From Candidatus Methylomirabilis sp. (GTDB lineage: Bacteria; Methylomirabilota; Methylomirabilia; Methylomirabilales; Methylomirabilaceae), in assembly GCA_041498975.1 (NCBI GenBank), contig JBGQJI010000072.1:1-12078 (forward strand): 12,078 bases of DNA, written 5' to 3'. Below are positions 7,505 through 12,078 of the stretch, one piece after another. The notes beneath the pieces were generated by a model. The model was not told the DNA's origin, did no database searches, and worked only from the letters and a program-made list of their open reading frames with translations. A program made the translations under genes and the position numbers. Every line of letters starts with the position of its first letter. Position 1 is the stretch's first letter.

Positions 7505-8419
7505 GTGCAACGCAGGCCCAGTAGCTCATCACCTTTAATAGGTGGTGTGGTTGTCGCATGTGCTATCGCTTTCCTCGTTGGCCTGTCTAGCGCAATCGCG
7601 GAGCCAGTCGATCCATCCAACAGCGTTCGCCCCGCTAGGACAGCGGCGGAAGGTGACATGCCCGCTACGGTGCAGCGACCTGCCCCAGGCAGCCCGTCGC
7701 AAGATCGGCCGGTTGGAGTGGCGAGCGAGGAGATCGAACTGGAGGCCGTTCAATTGACCGGTGCGGCCCCCGCGAAGCGGTTGCAATTCTCCACGCAGAC
7801 CGACAGGGAGGAACTCCAGGAATACGACCCGTGGGAGCCCTACAATGAAAAGATGTTTGCGTTCAACCACGACGTGTTCGACAAGTACCTCCTGAAGCCG
7901 GTGGCGAATGTGTGGGATAAAGTCGTACCCGACTGGCTGCAGCAATGCCTCGCTAATGCCTTCGATAACGTCGGCATGCCGCGGCGCCTGGTGAACAGCC
8001 TCCTGCAGGCCAAATTCAGGGGAGCCGGCCGGGAGGTGACCCGCTTCTTCATCAACAGCGTGTTCGGGATCGGCGGCTTCTTCGATATCGCGAAGGACTC
8101 GGGACTTCAGAAGAGCGATGAGGACACCGGCCAGACCTTAGGCTTCTATGGCGTGGGCCCCGGTGCTTATCTGATCCTGCCCATTCTGCCCCCGTTGACG
8201 GTCCGTGACGGAATCGGCTACGTCGCCGACGCGGCGCTCGATCCCCTTAGCTACTTCATCCCGTTTGCCGCCTCAGCGGGAAGATGGGCGGGAGAATCCG
8301 TCAATACACGGTCGCAAAATCTGGAATTGTTCCAGAGTGTCGAGGAGAATACGGTCGACCTCTACAGTGCAGTGCGAAACGCGTACCTGCAACGCAGGCA
8401 GAAGGCGATCGAAGAATAG
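7505..8419 (+). CDS. mlaA: MlaA/VacJ family outer-membrane phospholipid-asymmetry protein
   Basis: DPWEPYNEKMFAFN, RFFINSVFGIGGFFDIA, EDTGQTLG.YGVGPGAYLILPILPPLTVRD, DLYSAVRNAYLQRR. Start moved to GTG 7505, after SD AGGAGG ending at 7499; a signal-like hydrophobic stretch follows. Confidence 0.9.
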   Translation: MQRRPSSSSPLIGGVVVACAIAFLVGLSSAIAEPVDPSNSVRPARTAAEGDMPATVQRPAPGSPSQDRPVGVASEEIELEAVQLTGAAPAKRLQFSTQTDREELQEYDPWEPYNEKMFAFNHDVFDKYLLKPVANVWDKVVPDWLQQCLANAFDNVGMPRRLVNSLLQAKFRGAGREVTRFFINSVFGIGGFFDIAKDSGLQKSDEDTGQTLGFYGVGPGAYLILPILPPLTVRDGIGYVADAALDPLSYFIPFAASAGRWAGESVNTRSQNLELFQSVEENTVDLYSAVRNAYLQRRQKAIEE

Positions 8420-8526
8420 CTGTCTCGAGGAAGAGACGGATGATCATGACGGCCCCTGTTCCGGGCGCTGGAGTGCAAGCGCTCTGCCGATAAGACATCG
8501 CTCCGCATTCTGAAGACCCCCCACGG

Positions 8527-8646
8527 ATGAGTAAGACCCTTTTGAGCACGGGTTTCCTCGGTCAGGTCCCACTTGTCTCGGCGCTGTCGGCTTCTGAGCT
8601 CAATCGGCTGTCCGCCCCCCGGTTCACGCGCTCCCTCAGGAAAGCC
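8527..8646 (+). pseudogene. N-terminal remnant of a cNMP-binding-domain (Crp/Fnr family) protein
   Basis: MSKTLLSTGFLGQVPLVSALSASELNRLSAPRFTRSLRKA resembles the 'FL..vPLF..Ls..eL..La.....r.+.kG' opening of Crp/Fnr proteins; the similarity then stops. Confidence 0.5.
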
Positions 8647-8662
8647 TGCTTGGTACGGCCAG

Positions 8663-8793
8663 GCGGGTGGGGCAACCACGGTCGAGTTCACGCTGGAGAT
8701 CCCCTGCGCTACATCCTCGTGGGCCATGCCCGCTCGCGAGTGGAGCGGGGCCTGGTCGGCTTCCTGGTGGTCGAAGGGTGGGCGAACCGCTGA
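8663..8793 (+). pseudogene. nirK: C-terminal remnant of copper-containing nitrite reductase, frameshifted
   Basis: Frame A 8663-8704 AGGATTVEFTLEIP, 1-nt deletion at ~8705, frame B 8707-8790 RYILVGHARSRVERGLVGFLVVEGWANR. Matches the recalled NirK/AniA C-terminal pattern (GGAxxVEF....PG.YILVDHalsR..rG..G.L.VEG..N) carrying the last type-2 Cu His. Confidence 0.78.
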
Positions 8794-8978
8794 CATGTCC
8801 GAAGAGAGTAGATCGCAGTGGTCGCCCGCCAAGAGCCACCGTGCAGCGGGCAGGCCTCGTGAGCCGTGTGTGTCCACCCGCTTCCTGGGTGCGATTGCGT
8901 TCGCGGGATGTAAGAATGATGAGCATGAGATGATATCGGTGCGGGGCTGGCGTTGGTGACCTGACGCAGGGGTCAAGG

Positions 8979-10058
8979 ATGGTATCGCGACGGCCTATCC
9001 GGTTTCCCCTGTTGGCGTTGGGGGTGGCCGCTCTGCTGGCTGCGCTGTGGGGGGGGCTCCTGCGCCTGGGCTGGAACTGGCCGATCATCCATCGTGTCCT
9101 GCCCGCCGCACACGGTCCCCTGATGATCTCCGGATTCCTGGGCACCCTCATCGGTCTGGAGCGGGCAGTCGCCCTGGGACACCGGTGGACCTACTTCGCC
9201 CCGGTCATGACAGGCTTGGGCGCCCTGTCGCTGATCGCAGGCGCACCCGCCGCGGTGGGCGCGTCCTTCATGGCCCTGGGCAGCCTGGGCCTGGCGGCCA
9301 TTTTCGCCCAGCTCGTCCGCCGCCAGCCGGCCCTTTTTACGGTGATCATCGGGTTGGGGGCATTGGCGTGGCTGGTCGGCAACAGCCTCTGGCTCGCCGG
9401 ATGGCCGATCTTCAGCGTTGTCCCCTGGTGGGCCGGATTCCTGGTGCTCACCATCGCCGGTGAACGGCTGGAACTGAGCCGCTTCCTCCCGATCTCTCGA
9501 GCCGATCAGCTCGTCTTTCTTTCTGGCATCTGCCTCTTCTTGGCCGGCCTCCTCATCACGGGGATGGCTTTCGACAGCGGGGCGCGCCTGAGCGGTCTGG
9601 GCTTGCTTGCCTTGACGCTCTGGCTCCTCCGACATGACATCGCCCGGCGGGGGGTGCAGAAGGCGGGACTGACCAGATTCGTTGCTGTGAGCCTGTTGTC
9701 TGGATACATCTGGCTGGGGGTGGCGGGGCTGCTGTGGTTCCGACTGGGCGGCGTGGTGGCGGGGCCGTATTACGATGCCGTCCTTCACGCGATCTTCCTG
9801 GGTTTCGTCTTTTCCATGATCGTCGGTCACGCGCCGATCATCTTCCCGGCGGTGCTGGGGATGCCCGTCCCTTTTCGAACGGCCTTCTATAGCCATCTCG
9901 CCCTGTTACACATGTCGCTTGGGTTGCGGATGGTGGGCGATCTGGCGCCATGGTGGCCGGGTCGGCTGTGGGGCGGGCTGCTCAACGTCCTGGCCGTGCT
10001 CCTCTTCCTGGGGAACATGGCGGTTTCCGTAGTCCAGGGCAGAGCCCTATCTCGTTAA
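8979..10058 (+). CDS. Uncharacterised polytopic membrane protein, NnrS-like / denitrification-cluster-associated
   Basis: 359 aa, about 12 hydrophobic segments, membrane His motifs AHGPLMISGFLGTLIGLER, LHAIFLGFVFSMIVGHAP, YSHLALLH; intact frame. Confidence 0.75.
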   Translation: MVSRRPIRFPLLALGVAALLAALWGGLLRLGWNWPIIHRVLPAAHGPLMISGFLGTLIGLERAVALGHRWTYFAPVMTGLGALSLIAGAPAAVGASFMALGSLGLAAIFAQLVRRQPALFTVIIGLGALAWLVGNSLWLAGWPIFSVVPWWAGFLVLTIAGERLELSRFLPISRADQLVFLSGICLFLAGLLITGMAFDSGARLSGLGLLALTLWLLRHDIARRGVQKAGLTRFVAVSLLSGYIWLGVAGLLWFRLGGVVAGPYYDAVLHAIFLGFVFSMIVGHAPIIFPAVLGMPVPFRTAFYSHLALLHMSLGLRMVGDLAPWWPGRLWGGLLNVLAVLLFLGNMAVSVVQGRALSR

Positions 10059-10164
10059 TGGTTCTGGTGCGTGGATCGGGCTACGCACAGAAAGGGAATG
10101 TTGCATGGCCTTGAACCGGTCTGACGGGTTGCGGATGGGTCTCGGTCGAGAGGAGGGTCCGAAC

Positions 10165-11511
10165 GTGCAGCCGGCCAAGCCTGTCGGCGCGACGGGAGGA
10201 CCGAGTCCGTCTTATGACCGCGTCCGTGTCGCGCGGCTTCCCATGCATTTCTTTTCTGTCGCCGTCGGCTTCTTTGGGCTGGCCGTGGCCGCAGCGCCGT
10301 GGGTCATAGGTGATCTGGTGGACTTCTTTTATCAGCCTCGGCTGCTGGCCTTGACCCACGCCATTACGCTGGGATGGATCACTTCTGCGATCATGGGGGT
10401 CATGCATCGCTATGTCCCAGCCCTGACGAAGCGGCCGCTTCGATTCCCGCGCATGGCGCTTCTGCAGCTCTGGCTCTTTGTCGTCGGCGTGACGGGGATG
10501 GTCGCCCACTTTTTCATCGGACGCTGGATCGCCACCTGGCTCGCCGCTGGCGTGGTCGTGCTGAGTGTGATCCTCTTCGCTGCCAACATGATCTCCTGTC
10601 TGGCTCCCGCCGGAGGCCGGGGTGTGGCGGAAACCGGGATGCTGCTGGCTGTCCTGTATCTGTTGATTGCTGCTGTGCTCGGCCTGCTCCTGGCGTTGGA
10701 TAAGACTTTCGGGTTCCTGCACGGCAATGTGCTCTCGAACCTGGCCGCTCATGCGCACCTCGCGGCGCTTGGCTGGGTGAGCCTCACGATATGCGCCGTC
10801 TCCTACCGGATGGTTCCGGCATTTCTGTTGCCGGAGGTCGAGCTGCCGCGCGGGGCGATGTGGCAGCTCTACGGCCTTGCTGTTGCTGTGGCTGGCCTTG
10901 GCATTGCGCTTCTCGGCAGGTTCGGTGGGGCATCCTTCTGGAGCGTTGCCATCATGATGGCCCTCCTCGCGTACATTGCTGTGCTCGTAAGTCTTGTGCG
11001 TAAACGGCGGATGCCGATTGACTGGTCGATGCGCCATGCGCTGGCTGGCGTCGTCTGCCTGGTGCTGTCTGCGGGCCTCGGGCTCTCACTCGTCTGGATT
11101 GACCCCGACAGCGCCCTCGGCAATAGGATCGCGGGAGCCTACGGCGTCCTCGGGCTGCTCGGCTGGGTGACGAACTTCATCGTCGGGATGTCGTATAAGC
11201 TCTTTCCGGGATTCATCGCCGGGCTACGTGAGACCGCCGGCTGGCCAAAACTGGGGATCGCGGAGCTCTCACTGCCCCGTTACCGTCCGTTCGTATTCTT
11301 CTCGCTGAATAGTGGCAACCTGGTGCTGGCCGGCGGCCTGATCACGGCTCAGGTGGCGCTGGCTCGCGTCGGTGCGGTGGTCATCGCCGGGGGAGGTCTG
11401 GTGTACGTGGCGGTGATGGCCTGGACCCTCAGCTATGCCTATCGCCGCTCCGTTCCCCGGGCCGCGAGTGACCCGCTCCGCATCCTTCCCGGCGGCTCGT
11501 CGAGACCGTAA
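10165..11511 (+). CDS. Uncharacterised membrane protein with heme-copper-oxidase subunit I-like / NnrS-like three-fold repeat
   Basis: Repeats THAITLGWITSAIMGVMHRYVP, AHAHLAALGWVSLTICAVSYRMVP, AYGVLGLLGWVTNFIVGMSYKLFP. Start set at GTG 10165 (SD AGGAGG 10151-10156); ATG 10105 is the alternative. Confidence 0.78.
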   Translation: MQPAKPVGATGGPSPSYDRVRVARLPMHFFSVAVGFFGLAVAAAPWVIGDLVDFFYQPRLLALTHAITLGWITSAIMGVMHRYVPALTKRPLRFPRMALLQLWLFVVGVTGMVAHFFIGRWIATWLAAGVVVLSVILFAANMISCLAPAGGRGVAETGMLLAVLYLLIAAVLGLLLALDKTFGFLHGNVLSNLAAHAHLAALGWVSLTICAVSYRMVPAFLLPEVELPRGAMWQLYGLAVAVAGLGIALLGRFGGASFWSVAIMMALLAYIAVLVSLVRKRRMPIDWSMRHALAGVVCLVLSAGLGLSLVWIDPDSALGNRIAGAYGVLGLLGWVTNFIVGMSYKLFPGFIAGLRETAGWPKLGIAELSLPRYRPFVFFSLNSGNLVLAGGLITAQVALARVGAVVIAGGGLVYVAVMAWTLSYAYRRSVPRAASDPLRILPGGSSRP

Positions 11512-11521
11512 CTGGTGGCGG

Positions 11522-11606
11522 AAGGACGCTATCGTAGGAATGGCGCGGCTGGACCGGCAACTGTGTGGCCTGTCATGCCGCCTACCGGCTCGACGAAGCG
11601 CGCTGA
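11522..11606 (+). pseudogene. C-terminal remnant of a class II (c'-like) cytochrome c, frameshifted
   Basis: KDAIVGMARL (11522-11551), one extra G (11552), then TGNCVACHAAYRLDEAR* (11553-11606). CxxCH lies near the C-terminus followed by YR, as in four-helix class II cytochromes c. The CxxCH frame is closed upstream by TAG at 11535 and has no start codon before the motif. Confidence 0.72.
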
Positions 11607-11813
11607 AGAACTGTTTTAGCCCTGGCCGATGGCGCCGTCTGAGGCGCCACTGCGCCCATCGGGACTACCATGCCCCACCCCTTCCTTCCTCTGCTAGCAA
11701 GGGGTTAGCCCCCTTCCGCCAAGTAAGGCTGAGGAGGCTCTGCCCCAAACTCCTAAGGTTCGCTCACTTGCCGTGATTGTTGGCTCCAAGCATAGAGGTC
11801 AGGAACTCTGTAA

Positions 11814-11826
11814 AATCAATAAGCTA
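11814..11826 (+). promoter_or_regulatory. IHF-like binding site
   Basis: AATCAATAAGCTA versus consensus WATCAANNNNTTR (1 mismatch), in an AT-rich patch ~40 bp upstream of the -24 element. Confidence 0.5.
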
Positions 11827-11861
11827 CACTCGCATGCCTCCCATGCCACGGTTACGCCCCC

Positions 11862-11878
11862 TTGGCATCGATGTTGCT
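11862..11878 (+). promoter_or_regulatory. Sigma54 (-24/-12) promoter
   Basis: TTGGCATCGATGTTGCT: GG 11864-11865, exactly 10 nt, GC 11876-11877; near consensus YTGGCACGNNNNTTGCW. Confidence 0.75.
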
Positions 11879-11884
11879 TTTCTC

Positions 11885-11904
11885 TGGAACGGGATAGTGT
11901 TCCA
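11885..11904. promoter_or_regulatory. Palindrome TGGAAC-N8-GTTCCA over the predicted transcription start
   Basis: Perfect 6-bp inverted repeat, 11885-11890 / 11899-11904. Confidence 0.35.
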
Positions 11905-11963
11905 ATAGCCTTTGCAACTCTGCGCCGTTCCGGACGCTGTAACCTACGAGGGAGGGATGAGCC

Positions 11964-12078
11964 ATAGCCCAGCAGTTGAAGACGACCGTCAGCGTGATTA
12001 AGGCCGACGTCGGCACCGTGGCCGGCCACACCCGGCCGCATCCGGCCTTGCTGCAGCAGGCCGAAGAGTGCCTGGCCG
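11964..12078 (+). CDS. fbp: Fructose-1,6-bisphosphate aldolase/phosphatase (class V FBPase), N-terminus; runs off the window
   Basis: Not in the ORF track. Frame from 11964: (I/M)AQQLKTTVSVIKADVGTVAGHTRPHPALLQQAEECLA. The K.T.SVIKAD(V/I)G...GH...HP signature is characteristic of FBPase V. Start is ATA 11964 or TTG 11976. Confidence 0.88.
   Translation, partial: MAQQLKTTVSVIKADVGTVAGHTRPHPALLQQAEECLA

Noticed and set aside
6075..7559. 494-aa minus-strand ORF
   Set aside because: Antisense shadow of the well-supported dehydrogenase; no motifs; typical of GC-rich DNA.
8440..8493. 17-aa ORF MIMTAPVPGAGVQALCR after mlaA with an SD-like GAGGA
   Set aside because: No recognisable similarity or coupling to a neighbouring gene; insufficient support.
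8794..10164. FNR/DNR box upstream of membrane genes A or B
   Set aside because: No TTGAT-N4-ATCAA match found; the nearest (CTGAC-N6-GTCAA at 8961-8976) has the wrong spacing.
8973..11037. Long minus-strand ORFs 8973-9896 and 10081-11037
   Set aside because: Antisense to the hydrophobic membrane genes, with the Q/H/R/E-rich composition expected of shadows.

Overview
GC-rich bacterial window. Left part: a partial minus-strand zinc-binding ADH/quinone-reductase (MDR) gene, divergent from a plus-strand run of HDAC-family deacetylase, MFS transporter, two-domain GNAT, qor, a PQQ-type sugar/sorbosone dehydrogenase and mlaA/vacJ. Several intergenic gaps hold REP/MITE-like hairpins, including a ~170-nt imperfect hairpin at 884-1053. 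The most notable region is 8527-11606, which reads as a decayed nitrite/NO module not apparent from the ORF track. A Crp/Fnr-like N-terminal remnant sits directly against a frameshifted nirK C-terminal remnant. Two intact, uncharacterised His-bearing polytopic membrane proteins follow, then a frameshifted CxxCH cytochrome c C-terminal remnant. The window ends with a near-consensus sigma54 promoter (with an IHF-like site) ahead of the start of a bifunctional FBP aldolase/phosphatase gene. All family calls come from motif recognition by eye; no searches were run.
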